Shown here: positions 9,460 through 19,628 of the stretch, in pieces
Layout: each line of letters begins with the position of its first letter
Position numbering within the stretch: position 1 is the stretch's first letter
Source of the DNA: a virus
Taxonomy: Duplodnaviria; Caudoviricetes
DNA length: 47,053 bases
Reading direction: 5' to 3' (one strand)
Virus record (IMG/VR): IMGVR_UViG_3300027901_000011
Coordinates: 1-47,053 of that record
Notes under the pieces: generated by a model
What the model saw: only the letters and a program-made list of their open reading frames with translations
Database searches by the model: none
Told to the model about the DNA's origin: nothing
Position numbers and translations under genes: made by a program

Positions 9460-10386
9460 TTAAGCGGTAAGTCCGGCTAATAAAGCATCCCAGATATTCT
9501 TATCTTGCCCGAAGGATTGTCCCCCAGTTAAGGCAGCTGTCCCAAGGCCACCAATAACAGAAGCCATCGAAGGTTGTACGGTAGTTGTGCCGCTGACGAC
9601 ATTTGAACCAAATGGAAGCCCCATAAGCCATTGAATGACTTGGAGTGTTTCTGGGTCGGTAATCCTGTTGGCGGCGGCAAATCGCTGGACCTGCTCGTTT
9701 ATCTCTGCCTGCTGCTGGGCCTGTGGAATACCAGCCAAGCCTGAAAGTGCGGCAAGCGTCTGTGCCTGTGCGGTTGTCCCCGCCGCCGGGGCGCCTATGG
9801 CGGTCAACGCCTGGCTGCCCGCGCCAAGAGCGCGTTCGGCCCGCGCCTCTTCGATGGCACGATTGACGGCGGCAACGTCCCATTCGGTCTGCGCCCTTTG
9901 CGCATTGATATAATCGGCCCAGTCCTGAATTACCTCCTGCCTCTGGCCAAGCTCCTCGGTATGGGTAAAGCCACGACCGCCCCATGCTTCACTAACCGCC
10001 GGAAGGACGTCCCTCTCAAGCATCTTTTTGGATGGGTCGTAAATAGCACGACCAAAGTATTGTTCCGTCTCTTCAGGGGTTATTGGCTGAGCACCCATCT
10101 CGCCTCCCATTGCCGACATTAAGCCTGTAACCATTGGCTGCCATAATGGCGACTCGGTAAACGGCGTTACCTGGCCTTCCAGCCCCTGGCCTGTAGCAAG
10201 AAGAGACTCCTGCCATGGTGTCAATGGCGCAGTCATTGCAAAGGAAGGCATCGGCTGGCCCCGGCCTATTGCCGGCCCATACTTCTCCCAAAGCTCCTCA
10301 TAATAAGGCTGTGCTTCTTTCGAAGGCTTACTGACTGTCGTCTGTTCCTTAATAACCTGCGGACTGAAATAATCTAAAAAAGCCAT
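9460..10386 (-). CDS. Putative internal virion (ejection/pilot) protein
   Basis: Gln/Ala-rich with a Gly-rich hydrophobic C-terminus; the likely start is MAFLDY at 10386, just after the upstream small ORF. Confidence 0.6.
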   Translation of the reverse strand: MAFLDYFSPQVIKEQTTVSKPSKEAQPYYEELWEKYGPAIGRGQPMPSFAMTAPLTPWQESLLATGQGLEGQVTPFTESPLWQPMVTGLMSAMGGEMGAQPITPEETEQYFGRAIYDPSKKMLERDVLPAVSEAWGGRGFTHTEELGQRQEVIQDWADYINAQRAQTEWDVAAVNRAIEEARAERALGAGSQALTAIGAPAAGTTAQAQTLAALSGLAGIPQAQQQAEINEQVQRFAAANRITDPETLQVIQWLMGLPFGSNVVSGTTTVQPSMASVIGGLGTAALTGGQSFGQDKNIWDALLAGLTA

Positions 10387-10390
10387 CTTG

Positions 10391-10570
10391 CTACTCCAGC
10401 GTTTCAAATAGTTTGTCCGGCGTATTCTTAACCCTGACAACGCCAGGCTCTATGAACTGGCGAAGAAGGTATATCTGTCTCTGCATAAGGTTCAAGGTTC
10501 GTTCCAACTCCACTCTCAACTCTTCCACGTTTTCAGCCTGCAAGGGCGCTATATGGTCCGGTACTTCCAT
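10391..10570 (-). CDS. Small hypothetical virion-associated protein (59 aa, not in the ORF track)
   Basis: MEVPDHIAPLQAENVEELRVELERTLNLMQRQIYLLRQF...; start coupled to the nozzle gene stop (TAATG). Confidence 0.55.
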   Translation of the reverse strand: MEVPDHIAPLQAENVEELRVELERTLNLMQRQIYLLRQFIEPGVVRVKNTPDKLFETLE

Positions 10571-12612
10571 TACCTGTTCTCCTCAACCAGAGGTTCCAGA
10601 ACCTTGTAGCTTCTCACGCTAAACGCCTTGCCCGAAAAGTCCTTCATGGCAAATTGAATGTTGGTGCTGGACTTGTTTATCCAGAACGTTTTCTCTTCGT
10701 AATTACTGGTCAAATCGAAACTTACATCGGTCCAGCCGGTGTCGGAAGTATCGAAGTCTGAGATACGATAGCCGACATACATAGCACCGTCATCGGAGCC
10801 TTCGGCCACGACCGATAGCCCCGGCCATCGTTTCATTGTATCCGGCAGGCCCCAGTCAAACTCCCCGGTCACATGCCGACAGGCAATAAGATTGCTGTCA
10901 TCTTGGGTATATGTTTCATCGACCTGAAATATCATGCCCGTAGCATCGCCGAGCAGGATGCGCTCCTTGAGTTCTCTGACCTCGACGACCTCGTTATAAG
11001 TGTCACCGTTAGGGTTGTACAGGCCGAAACTCAATGTATCATCAACCGTAATATCAGCGGTAATACAGGCTCCTATGCTATCGTCCCAGGCCCGGACCCA
11101 GGCCTTGTCCGTTGAAACGTCCTCGATGGCGTAAAAGTGGGTTCCGAACTGGTTCGTATAAGTACCATCAGTTGTATAAATTGAGCCGTCCTCAATCACC
11201 ATGATATCATTGATAGTAAAGTCGGCCTTGTAATTGGCACCGACAGAGCCGTCAAATCTCAGGCCACCCGCACAAAATGATGCGTTTGTCGGGTCAAAGG
11301 CAAGCGTTCGTGAAGTATCAAGCAGCTTGTCGCCATACCTGATAGTTAGATCCGCAGCGGTGCCTGTGCCATCGTTGGCATCGTAGGGACTCAATGTGTC
11401 AAGCGCCTCACTGTAGCTGTCGCCGCTTGTATAACTTTCGGCGCCTGCAAGAGTTACGGCAGTTATCCCTTCGGCGCTGCTATACTTCGACGCAAAATCC
11501 CGAATGGTCCAGGCATTAGTCAGCATGTTCATGCAGTATGCCTTGGTGATATACGTTGATCCGCTGGGGACAATGAACAGCCAGAGCCTTTTATGCTCCG
11601 GGCCTATCAGCATCCAGCATCTCGCATTATAGGTCGGGTCCAACTCGTCCTGAAGGTATTTGTGAATGGCGTCGCCTATCGGTTTAATTAAGCTGCCGCC
11701 ATAATATGAATAGATATTGTAGTCGGTCCCTACGAAGTAATGAATATTCCGTTTCCAGCATAAAAGATGATAGGATAGCAGGCCCAAATGCGACTCCACC
11801 GGCCTCGGATCGAACACCATCTTGCCGCCGACATATTTCAAGGACCATATCCCCTGGGTCTGGTAGATAATATGGTCTGCACCGAGCGGGGCGCTCCAGA
11901 CGTTGGCTCCCGCAGTCTCGTAGAGATTGGCAGCGCCGGAGCCTGTCCCCGTCCAGGTCTCTATCTTGCGAATTACCGGCCACCGCACCGTCTGGTTGTT
12001 TTCCGTCCAGACTTTGCTGGATGAGCTGTAGGTCTGAGGACTCAGTAAAATTAGTCTGTTAGGCGCCGACTGGCTGACCTGAAGCGCCCTGTGCGTGGTG
12101 CCATCGTGATAGCCGCCCGCGCCGACAAGATCGGCGAAGTCGTCCTCATATCTGCCGGCCCATCGCTGGATATTGGAAAGCCCGCCGTCACAGACTACTA
12201 CGTGATGGTAGGCATTGGACCGAGAACTGTCATCGTCCAGGTAAATGGCCGTATCATCATGGCCGACAACGGCGTAACTTATCGGGTGGTCTATTGCAGA
12301 ATTGTAGGTAACTCCAGATTGACTTTTGTCATCCCATCGGGAGTTTACCCTGTCATGCTCGTATATTTTCTCGGTGGTTACAGCCATTACGTGACCGTAT
12401 TCGTCCAGTTCCTTCCACTGAAAGACGCAGAGAACAATATCGCCGCTGTTCAAGCCTGTCGTTGTAAGATCAACCTTGGTAAAGCCCTGCGGCGTGCGGA
12501 GAATGCCATACTCGTACAGGATGTTCTGGGTACCCTTGGCAGCCGCGCGTGGATCGAGCGCCTGCGTTGACATCAGCGCATTGAGTCCCATGTCAGGCGA
12601 TTGGACTAACAT
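10570..12612 (-). CDS. Tail nozzle / DNA-stabilization protein (P22 gp10 / T7 gp12-like role)
   Basis: 680 aa, beta-rich and propeller-like; IG..IH.YL, NAWT and C-terminal beta-sandwich patterns; position before the ejection genes. Confidence 0.65.
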   Translation of the reverse strand: MLVQSPDMGLNALMSTQALDPRAAAKGTQNILYEYGILRTPQGFTKVDLTTTGLNSGDIVLCVFQWKELDEYGHVMAVTTEKIYEHDRVNSRWDDKSQSGVTYNSAIDHPISYAVVGHDDTAIYLDDDSSRSNAYHHVVVCDGGLSNIQRWAGRYEDDFADLVGAGGYHDGTTHRALQVSQSAPNRLILLSPQTYSSSSKVWTENNQTVRWPVIRKIETWTGTGSGAANLYETAGANVWSAPLGADHIIYQTQGIWSLKYVGGKMVFDPRPVESHLGLLSYHLLCWKRNIHYFVGTDYNIYSYYGGSLIKPIGDAIHKYLQDELDPTYNARCWMLIGPEHKRLWLFIVPSGSTYITKAYCMNMLTNAWTIRDFASKYSSAEGITAVTLAGAESYTSGDSYSEALDTLSPYDANDGTGTAADLTIRYGDKLLDTSRTLAFDPTNASFCAGGLRFDGSVGANYKADFTINDIMVIEDGSIYTTDGTYTNQFGTHFYAIEDVSTDKAWVRAWDDSIGACITADITVDDTLSFGLYNPNGDTYNEVVEVRELKERILLGDATGMIFQVDETYTQDDSNLIACRHVTGEFDWGLPDTMKRWPGLSVVAEGSDDGAMYVGYRISDFDTSDTGWTDVSFDLTSNYEEKTFWINKSSTNIQFAMKDFSGKAFSVRSYKVLEPLVEENR

Positions 12613-12853
12613 TCAAGTTCTCCACAAACACATCGTCCGTTGCCAGTATCTTTTCCGGTTTTTTTGCAGGCTGTCCTCGTTGCCAGATCTGCAGGACTTT
12701 TTCAATAATAGCGTTCTTTATCATCCCGTCCGTACGCAGCATCGGCACACTTTCCGAAAGATTCAATTCGGTAATACCGTCGGTAGCCTTCGCACGGAAA
12801 TACCAGGAATTTCCATGTCGTTCCAATTTGTTAGCAACCTTTATCGTCAGCAT
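12593..12853 (-). CDS. Hypothetical protein
   Basis: 86 aa ORF tightly packed in the operon. Confidence 0.5.
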   Translation of the reverse strand: MLTIKVANKLERHGNSWYFRAKATDGITELNLSESVPMLRTDGMIKNAIIEKVLQIWQRGQPAKKPEKILATDDVFVENLNVSPIA

Positions 12854-13714
12854 TTATCTACCTATCGCAATCCATCGAATTGTAAGGTCTCCGATATCCC
12901 CGCCTTGATGCACAAACTTTTCCTCGCTGACATCAGTAACTGCAAGGTTCATGTCACGGTCCGATTCAAACTTTCTCGGAGATGTAACTACCTGCATGCC
13001 ATCGTTGGGAAAGGCAATATCGTAGGTTACATCGGTAGTAGCTGTGCCGCTTACGCTCATTTCGCCCCATTGTAGAATAAGGCCGCCTTGCAAAGTGACA
13101 TGCCCGGAACTGGCGTCCGTAATTGCGGTGCTTCCCGTACAGAATGAACCTGATATGACTACATCTGAGAAGTCTGCCTGGTCCTGAACGTCCATACTAT
13201 CATCACAGAGAATGGCACTTGCGCAGTGAAGCTGACCGCTGATATTCACAGAGTCATCGCAGATAAGAGGGCCGGTGATCTCCACGGAAGTAAAGTCAAC
13301 GGACCCGTCAAATTGCCAGTTGCCGGACCATGTGATATCATCGCCCTTGCAGAAACTGCCGGAACCCCAGACGAACTCGTATAAGTCATCTAACGCTGCT
13401 GCAGTGCCTTCGCCCGTATAGCCGCAGAGAATGTTCCTCGTCTGGTCGTAGATGATGTCTCTGCCGATATACGTGCCGTCGTTACAGCCTGTGGATATAT
13501 CTGCCGTGGCATCTTCAATTCCCACAACGGCACAGCCGCCCGGTATATGCTCGCCGCCTACCGTGGCATCGGCATATCCCACATGCTCCTTATCGGAACG
13601 TTTCTGGACGGCCTTGGCTACATGGTTAATGTAGCGATAGTCGAGGCCGTGAGGCTGGTCTACGTCAACGTCACTTTCCCATGCTATCCCGTCTCCTGCT
13701 GGATGTACTGCCAT
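12854..13714 (-). CDS. Short tail fibre / spike protein
   Basis: C-terminal GHVTLQGGLILQWG...VTYDIAFPN...WIAIG, typical of phage fibre C-terminal (gp53-like) domains. Confidence 0.7.
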   Translation of the reverse strand: MAVHPAGDGIAWESDVDVDQPHGLDYRYINHVAKAVQKRSDKEHVGYADATVGGEHIPGGCAVVGIEDATADISTGCNDGTYIGRDIIYDQTRNILCGYTGEGTAAALDDLYEFVWGSGSFCKGDDITWSGNWQFDGSVDFTSVEITGPLICDDSVNISGQLHCASAILCDDSMDVQDQADFSDVVISGSFCTGSTAITDASSGHVTLQGGLILQWGEMSVSGTATTDVTYDIAFPNDGMQVVTSPRKFESDRDMNLAVTDVSEEKFVHQGGDIGDLTIRWIAIGR

Positions 13715-14342
13715 TTTTGCCTTCCCTTAAATACTTTTCGACTCTCTTAAAGTCGTCTTCGGTGTCTATGCTGAGTTTCTGGTCAATGTACTTCTTGTAT
13801 ATTTCTATTCTGTTAATGAAAGGACAGCGTCTCATAAATGGTGTTACGTGCTCGCGATCTTCGTCCCGCACGGCTTCTTCAAAAGTCCACCGGAGAAGTT
13901 GCATGGTGAAGACTTCCACATCTACACCATCATTATGATTAAGCCAGGAATTATAGACAAGTTCCGACTTGTCTGTGCCAATGCCTGGAATGCACCAATT
14001 TATTATACCTGGTTTCACGCATGGACAATCACCCGTCAGTCTGACAATAACATCAAGTTTTGCCTGCTCAGATGCTTCGTAAACCCGTGCAAGAACATCA
14101 TTCTCCTGGCCGCCATACCATTTTATGTCATGTTCTTTTGCGTATGCGGCAAGGATCATATCCTGTATCGGAGTCGCCAGAATTACCGTGTCTACATCAG
14201 CCTTCTTGGCCGCATCTATCACATACTCAAGGACGGGCTTGCCGTTCAATAATTTCAGCGTCTTGCCCGGCAGTCTTGTACTTGCCATTCTGGCCTGAAT
14301 AATTGCACCTGTCATTTTCGGTATATCCTCGATGCGCACCAC
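13671..14342 (-). CDS. spsF: SpsF-like cytidylyltransferase (CMP-nonulosonate synthetase family)
   Basis: IIQARMASTRLPGK, DVLAR, VRLTGDCP, REHVTPF, LSIDTEDD motifs. Confidence 0.9.
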   Translation of the reverse strand: MVRIEDIPKMTGAIIQARMASTRLPGKTLKLLNGKPVLEYVIDAAKKADVDTVILATPIQDMILAAYAKEHDIKWYGGQENDVLARVYEASEQAKLDVIVRLTGDCPCVKPGIINWCIPGIGTDKSELVYNSWLNHNDGVDVEVFTMQLLRWTFEEAVRDEDREHVTPFMRRCPFINRIEIYKKYIDQKLSIDTEDDFKRVEKYLREGKNGSTSSRRRDSMGK

Positions 14343-15598
14343 GGACAGTTCACGGACTCTTTCTCGTATGACTTGTCTATATAAAATTCCTTCTTACAGA
14401 TATTGCACCATCCCCGATGCAGGACGTCAATCGGACTTCGATGCACAAACTCCGTGCCGTAGTTCTTGTGCGCCTCCGGCCAGCACAAGGTAAACTTGCC
14501 TTTCAACTGGTTGATAATGTTCGCTGCCCGCTGAGTGGCCCTGCCGTCCATGAGGCCGAACCTGCCCTTCTCCAGTCTCTCGATAGTCTTCAAATTGGCA
14601 TTCGACTTTGGCTTGGCCGTAATTATCGCCCGTATCAGCGAGTAGGCGTTATCGTAGGTGGGTGAGACCCTATTAAGTGGCGTATTGCGAGTCCACCACC
14701 AGTCTTCGTCCGCCTTCTCGGGCGCATCATGGTCAATGAACCTGAAGGCGGGCTTATTTAGAAGGTGCATCTCAACGGCCATAGTCGAGCCGCCATGAAT
14801 GAGATAGTCACAATTTAGCAGGGCCTCCGTGGCACTTGACTGGTTGTCTATACCAACGTCAAGCGCATCGCGGTATGGCTTTACATCCACGCCGGGATGC
14901 GGCCTTACGAGAATATTCATCCTGCCCTTGACTGCCGCCTTCAGTATTCGGATCATTGCAATATGGCATTCTCGCAGTTTCTCTTCCGAGGCGAATGTCC
15001 TCATCTCGTCTATTACAAGGTCCGGTGCCATATCTACGAATCCCCAAGGCGCGCCTACCAGAATGGTCTTTTTGTCCTCGGCGAGGTTCAACTTCCTGCA
15101 GAACTCCTGGCGTGTCAGAAACTTCTTCTCGAAGCTGCGCTGCTTGTAAATATCCGTCATAAAAGAACCGCATGGAACGACCTTAAAGGTGCAACCTTTG
15201 CGCTTAGTCAATATTTCGGCCTCTTCTCTGCCCCAGACCAGTTCAACATCAACCTGATAGCGGACCTGACTGAGAATGTGCGTCCTCTCCTTCTCCGTTA
15301 TTGACCTGAAGTCCTTCCAGTCGCAGCTTGCCTCGGTGTGCCGTGAGGCAACGGCAATACCCCATTTCTTAAGCTGCTCGGCAAAATCCGCTGCGTAAGG
15401 GTTCCTTACCGGCGGCACGACACAAACATCCGGCTGAAATTTCAAGACCGACTGCCGACCTTCGCGCAGGCATTTGCGGACCCAGACCTTATTGCCCATT
15501 TTCCGTAAATGTTCGGCAAGCAGACTGTCAACAACGGCGTCACGCTGGGGACTGGCCGACAGAATAAGTATCTTCTTCACAACTTGAACTCCAAACAA
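14312..15598 (-). CDS. Surface-carbohydrate biosynthesis protein; putative GT-B glycosyl(sialyl-type)transferase
   Basis: RD..D, VWG, ILVRPHP, LIHGGSTMAVE..LLNKP motifs; C-terminal CxxC...CPWC zinc ribbon. Confidence 0.65.
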   Translation of the reverse strand: MFGVQVVKKILILSASPQRDAVVDSLLAEHLRKMGNKVWVRKCLREGRQSVLKFQPDVCVVPPVRNPYAADFAEQLKKWGIAVASRHTEASCDWKDFRSITEKERTHILSQVRYQVDVELVWGREEAEILTKRKGCTFKVVPCGSFMTDIYKQRSFEKKFLTRQEFCRKLNLAEDKKTILVGAPWGFVDMAPDLVIDEMRTFASEEKLRECHIAMIRILKAAVKGRMNILVRPHPGVDVKPYRDALDVGIDNQSSATEALLNCDYLIHGGSTMAVEMHLLNKPAFRFIDHDAPEKADEDWWWTRNTPLNRVSPTYDNAYSLIRAIITAKPKSNANLKTIERLEKGRFGLMDGRATQRAANIINQLKGKFTLCWPEAHKNYGTEFVHRSPIDVLHRGWCNICKKEFYIDKSYEKESVNCPWCASRIYRK

Positions 15599-16401
15599 AC
15601 TTGCACTTTGCCGCCGAAGCCGCCTTTGAACTGGCTGATACCGTACTGCTTATGGCTCTGGTCGAAGATCCTCTCGCCCATATCAACCCACCGGACACCT
15701 ATCTTCTTGGAATGCAGAATGCCGCGCCAGATGATGAAGTGGCTGTTATCCTCACAGGCGCTGCAAAAATAGTATGATGTCTTTTTGTTGAACACGAAAA
15801 ATGCGCCGGCCTTCAGGCCATCCTGATAGGCCAGCACTAAAAAGGCCTCTTTCTGTGCTATCATCCGGCTCTGAACTCGCCAGGTCTTCGGGTCCCGCGT
15901 CTGCCTGCCGGCACATTTCGTATGCAACTCCTTGAACGCCGTCAGGTGCTTGAGCCTTTCAAGCTCATTATAAGATGAATTTACAACGACAATCTCATAG
16001 TCCTTCCACTGCTTGACAAGCTGCTTGTAGCTCCTGCGTATCTTGCTGAATAGTACCGTATTGTCCTGTGACAGGTCAATCATCTGCCTGTAATACGGAG
16101 TAGGGACAAGACCGTTTCGCATCAGGAACATGCTGGCCCTGGACAGGCCTTTTATCAGATAGTCACGATACCATATCCTGTCAGACACATGCCAGAGTTG
16201 ATGAATTTCATCTGTCTGCACATTGCCGTTATCTATTACAGGCCTGCCAAAACCGCTTATCTCGCCCTGCTTTAAGGCTGCGACCATATTATTCGTAGAG
16301 ATACCCTCGTAAGGCCCTGAGTAGGCCTGCTGATACTCTATGCCCAACGGGCTGTATAACGGTGATGTATGATTGGTCAGGTCCATATTCGCCTCACACA
16401 A
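15577..16401 (-). CDS. FemAB-like / GNAT acyltransferase
   Basis: IDLS...IRRSYKQLV, LH...GRQTR...W, FK.GFGG motifs. Confidence 0.7.
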   Translation of the reverse strand: MCEANMDLTNHTSPLYSPLGIEYQQAYSGPYEGISTNNMVAALKQGEISGFGRPVIDNGNVQTDEIHQLWHVSDRIWYRDYLIKGLSRASMFLMRNGLVPTPYYRQMIDLSQDNTVLFSKIRRSYKQLVKQWKDYEIVVVNSSYNELERLKHLTAFKELHTKCAGRQTRDPKTWRVQSRMIAQKEAFLVLAYQDGLKAGAFFVFNKKTSYYFCSACEDNSHFIIWRGILHSKKIGVRWVDMGERIFDQSHKQYGISQFKGGFGGKVQVCLEFKL

Positions 16402-16940
16402 ATAAATGCCTCGGCATGCAAAACTCCGACCTGCTGGCCACGATAGACCGACAATGCACGAACCCCATCATAGGACCTGGGATGCGGAGGCGGCCTCATC
16501 TCTGTGTAAAATGCGAGTAGCACATTTACCTTCTTATCAATAAAGTCTGTTACTTCAACCCATGTATTTGGCGTAAATGTCTTCTCGGACCATTCCGTTG
16601 AGGAAGGTACCTCGTATTGATAAATCTCCTTGACCGGACATCCGGGTACCGGCCTGCAAGCTGCCATTGTCGCCTCAGAAATTATTCTGTGGTCACGGTT
16701 CAAGTCGTATGCGTAATGAGTGAAAACCACGTCAGGCTTGATAGAGTAAATCCTGGTTTCTATCTCCTGAATTACGTCCTTGAGTGCAATCCGGTCAAAT
16801 TTCTGGTCGGAAGGCGTTCCTCTGCCCTGGCCGTAAACAAACCTTTCAATACAGGATACCTCCGGCTCAAGCTTCTTAAGAGTAGCCCAGCATCCGAGTT
16901 CAATATCGTCAGGGTGACTTGCCACTGCCAAGATTTTCAT
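16377..16940 (-). CDS. PIG-L/LmbE-family deacetylase
   Basis: VASHPDDIELGC, VFTH..DLNRDH, YEVPSSTEW, PHPRS, AEAF motifs. Confidence 0.9.
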   Translation of the reverse strand: MKILAVASHPDDIELGCWATLKKLEPEVSCIERFVYGQGRGTPSDQKFDRIALKDVIQEIETRIYSIKPDVVFTHYAYDLNRDHRIISEATMAACRPVPGCPVKEIYQYEVPSSTEWSEKTFTPNTWVEVTDFIDKKVNVLLAFYTEMRPPPHPRSYDGVRALSVYRGQQVGVLHAEAFICVRRIWT

Positions 16941-17439
16941 AATCCGTACTCATTGCCCTGAAAATGCGTGATGTTTTATTCTTGTCCCATCGCTTGAACC
17001 GGACAGATTTGCCTCTCTGCGGGACCGGCTTGGGGTTCGTCTGCACAATAAAAGGTACCATATAATTGCGAATTATGACGTCTGCACGGTCATAAATTTC
17101 GTCCGCCGTGCCGTAACTAATATCGAAGGCGCACTTCATATACACATCGCCACCATCTGTTATCTCGCAGCAGCGAATGGCCGAGATCATGGTCGTCTCA
17201 TGGCCCAAATACAAAAGGTTCTGCAATGGACTTCCGCCCCTTCCGTAGGGAACATCGGTCATGTGAAAGATAACCACCCGGTATCGCTCGTAAATTTCCG
17301 GTGGTATATACCACGACCAGAAGGGAACAAATACCCACTGGCAGTTAATCTGGCCAAGTCGCGCAGCAGTCATATCTGCGTGACTTGTTATGTCTCCGTC
17401 ACCCCTGTTGGTGACGATGATGTATACCGGGTTTGCCAT
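16909..17439 (-). CDS. Formyltransferase (Fmt-like, probably sugar N-formyltransferase)
   Basis: FWSW.IP, IFHMTDVPYGRGGSPLQNL, DGG motifs; start uncertain (17439 or 17475). Confidence 0.85.
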   Translation of the reverse strand: MANPVYIIVTNRGDGDITSHADMTAARLGQINCQWVFVPFWSWYIPPEIYERYRVVIFHMTDVPYGRGGSPLQNLLYLGHETTMISAIRCCEITDGGDVYMKCAFDISYGTADEIYDRADVIIRNYMVPFIVQTNPKPVPQRGKSVRFKRWDKNKTSRIFRAMSTDYENLGSGKSP

Positions 17440-17924
17440 GTCTCTACGTCCATACAAAAGTAAGCAGAGTCCCAATACCTGCCCTTATAGAACTTCCTGG
17501 CAGGCAGTATAATCCATTCGCCTGCACCGAAAGCCTTTTTCCAGAACCTCCAGCCCCTGATGTTGCATTCATAAACTTCGCCGCAGATCATATCCAAATT
17601 AAGGCGATTGAATGCCTCTTCCAAGAGTAAATCCAGCGCTTTCGTGCCATATCCTTTCCCCTGATATTGCGGGTTGACAGTCAATGTTATCTCGCCAAGC
17701 GAGTTCTCCCACTGGATAGGATCAAAACCGCCGAACGCAAGCAAACTTTCGTCTGTTGAAACTACCGAATAATACCGCGCCGGATAATGCCTCTTGCAGA
17801 TGACATTCTCATAAAATTCGGTCTGCATTTGCTGTGTCAGCATATATGCCGTTCGCCAGACTTCCATCGACTCGTTTCGCCACTGGCGGTACAACTCACA
17901 ATCTTCAGCAGTTGGTGCTTGCAA
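17388..17924 (-). CDS. GNAT/RimL-family N-acetyltransferase (PseH-like role)
   Basis: QWRN, YQGKGYG acetyl-CoA motif, AFNRLNL, N...FWKK. Confidence 0.85.
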   Translation of the reverse strand: MQAPTAEDCELYRQWRNESMEVWRTAYMLTQQMQTEFYENVICKRHYPARYYSVVSTDESLLAFGGFDPIQWENSLGEITLTVNPQYQGKGYGTKALDLLLEEAFNRLNLDMICGEVYECNIRGWRFWKKAFGAGEWIILPARKFYKGRYWDSAYFCMDVETWQTRYTSSSPTGVTET

Positions 17925-19017
17925 CTTTATTGATTATCTCCTTAATTTTGTCGATAATCCCACGATGTGCAAGTGTGGGAAAGATACTCAGATGAGGACC
18001 TATTAAGAGTCCTCGCTTACAGCATTCAACCAGGAACTCACGCCTGACATCCAGCATGAAACGGCAGGGAAAGCCTTTGTGCTTAACCGGCAGGTCCTTG
18101 AGAATTTCCCGACCAATATCCCAGATAGGCCATTTTTCGCTTTCAAGAACATCCAGAGTCGCCATTGCCGCCGTTATTGCCGTCAGCGACTCTGCGTAGG
18201 TGCTTGATATGAAACAGTCCTTCTCAATTACCTGCATGAGTTCCTTCTTGCCGCAGACGAAGGAAAAAGGCGCCATTCCGTTGGTAAGCGCCTTGCCGAA
18301 ACATGCCAGGTCCGGCGTTACGCCAAAATGCTTCTGTGCAGAACCGCCCGGATACCTAAAGCCCGTAACAACCTCATCAAAGATAAGAACGACTGCCCAC
18401 TGCGTACACCATTTGCGAATGGCTTCAAGCGGAAGCGCCTCAAACCTTGCCGGTTCCATTATGACAGCGGCAGGTGCCGCTCTTAAAGTAAACAGTTTAT
18501 CAACTTCGATACATGAAACCGTATGCGCCAAGCCTGAGCCTGCCGACTTCGGCTGCGTGTAGGAAAACCACGGATGCCAGCCGTGATAATGGTCCTTAAA
18601 GGTTATTATCAAGTCCCTGTTAGTATACGCGCGTGCAATCTTGACCGCCGCGGTAGTCGCCTCCGAGCCGCTGGTAAGGAACCTTACCTGCTCTGCGCAT
18701 GGAATTAGACTGACCAGCCTCTCGGCCAATTCGACAACTTTCGGATGCGTCAGACTCATTATCTCGCCATCACCTGCGAACTGGCGAATTTTCTGCCGGA
18801 TATACTTGTTATTATGGCCGAGAATTACTGCACCGAGCGCGCTGGCCATATCGATGTATCCTTCACCTCTGCTGTCCCAAACATAGGGACCTTCACTCCA
18901 GCGCGAGTATATTGGAAAGCCGTTGCCAAAGCGATCCGGCATCTTGCTGTATGTGCCAACTCCGGTGGGAATTACCTTACAGGCGCGCCGGTAGAGTACT
19001 AAGTCTGTTTGGGCCAT
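17905..19017 (-). CDS. Class III PLP aminotransferase (glutamate-1-semialdehyde aminotransferase-like)
   Basis: SGSEAT, YHGWH, LIFDEVVTGFR, PDLACFGKAL (PLP lysine). Confidence 0.9.
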   Translation of the reverse strand: MAQTDLVLYRRACKVIPTGVGTYSKMPDRFGNGFPIYSRWSEGPYVWDSRGEGYIDMASALGAVILGHNNKYIRQKIRQFAGDGEIMSLTHPKVVELAERLVSLIPCAEQVRFLTSGSEATTAAVKIARAYTNRDLIITFKDHYHGWHPWFSYTQPKSAGSGLAHTVSCIEVDKLFTLRAAPAAVIMEPARFEALPLEAIRKWCTQWAVVLIFDEVVTGFRYPGGSAQKHFGVTPDLACFGKALTNGMAPFSFVCGKKELMQVIEKDCFISSTYAESLTAITAAMATLDVLESEKWPIWDIGREILKDLPVKHKGFPCRFMLDVRREFLVECCKRGLLIGPHLSIFPTLAHRGIIDKIKEIINKVASTNC

Positions 19018-19628
19018 CTTCGGGGGTCCAGAATGTTAATATCATCACAAACGTACTGGTCGAACTTCTCAAGCCAGACGGTGTATTGCCTTAGCTGCTC
19101 GGCGCTGTCAACGCCGAGAATAACCTTATTAACATAAGGGTTCATTAAAACAAACAGCAGGCAAAATAAGCCTGAGCCTATCGTCATCTGCAATCGCCTG
19201 ATAATTGGCGCAATTGGCCTGAGGTAGTCGGGAATATCCTTCAGAAATACCGCACCTTGCAGGAATATGCTGCGAACGTAAATCAGGTTTTTCGTATGCC
19301 ATTCTGGGAAATAAGGCTCAAATCGCCGGTCAAACACACTGTAAGGTACGCAGATTATAGGCAAATATGATGCTATCATGCCAGGCTCTTGATATATAGT
19401 AAAAATATCCTCTTTCCATACTATCCTGAAGCGCTTGGCATGTTCAACAAGAAATTCATTACAAGCATACTCCTTTGAGCTGTGCAAGGTGTCAATTCCG
19501 ACCCTCTGACATTCATCAAGAATCTTAAGGCATTCGCTCTCCGGCACCTGTACGTTACTCAGCCCGTAAGGCTTGCCCCAGTTAGCTGTCCCTATGGCGA
19601 GTCTCTTGAAAATGCTGAAATTCGGCAT
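18999..19628 (-). CDS. Aldo/keto reductase (shortened)
   Basis: LAIGTANWG..YG, PYSVFDRR, VRSIFLQG, ILGVDS..QL motifs; start uncertain (19628 or 19643). Confidence 0.8.
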   Translation of the reverse strand: MPNFSIFKRLAIGTANWGKPYGLSNVQVPESECLKILDECQRVGIDTLHSSKEYACNEFLVEHAKRFRIVWKEDIFTIYQEPGMIASYLPIICVPYSVFDRRFEPYFPEWHTKNLIYVRSIFLQGAVFLKDIPDYLRPIAPIIRRLQMTIGSGLFCLLFVLMNPYVNKVILGVDSAEQLRQYTVWLEKFDQYVCDDINILDPRRWPKQT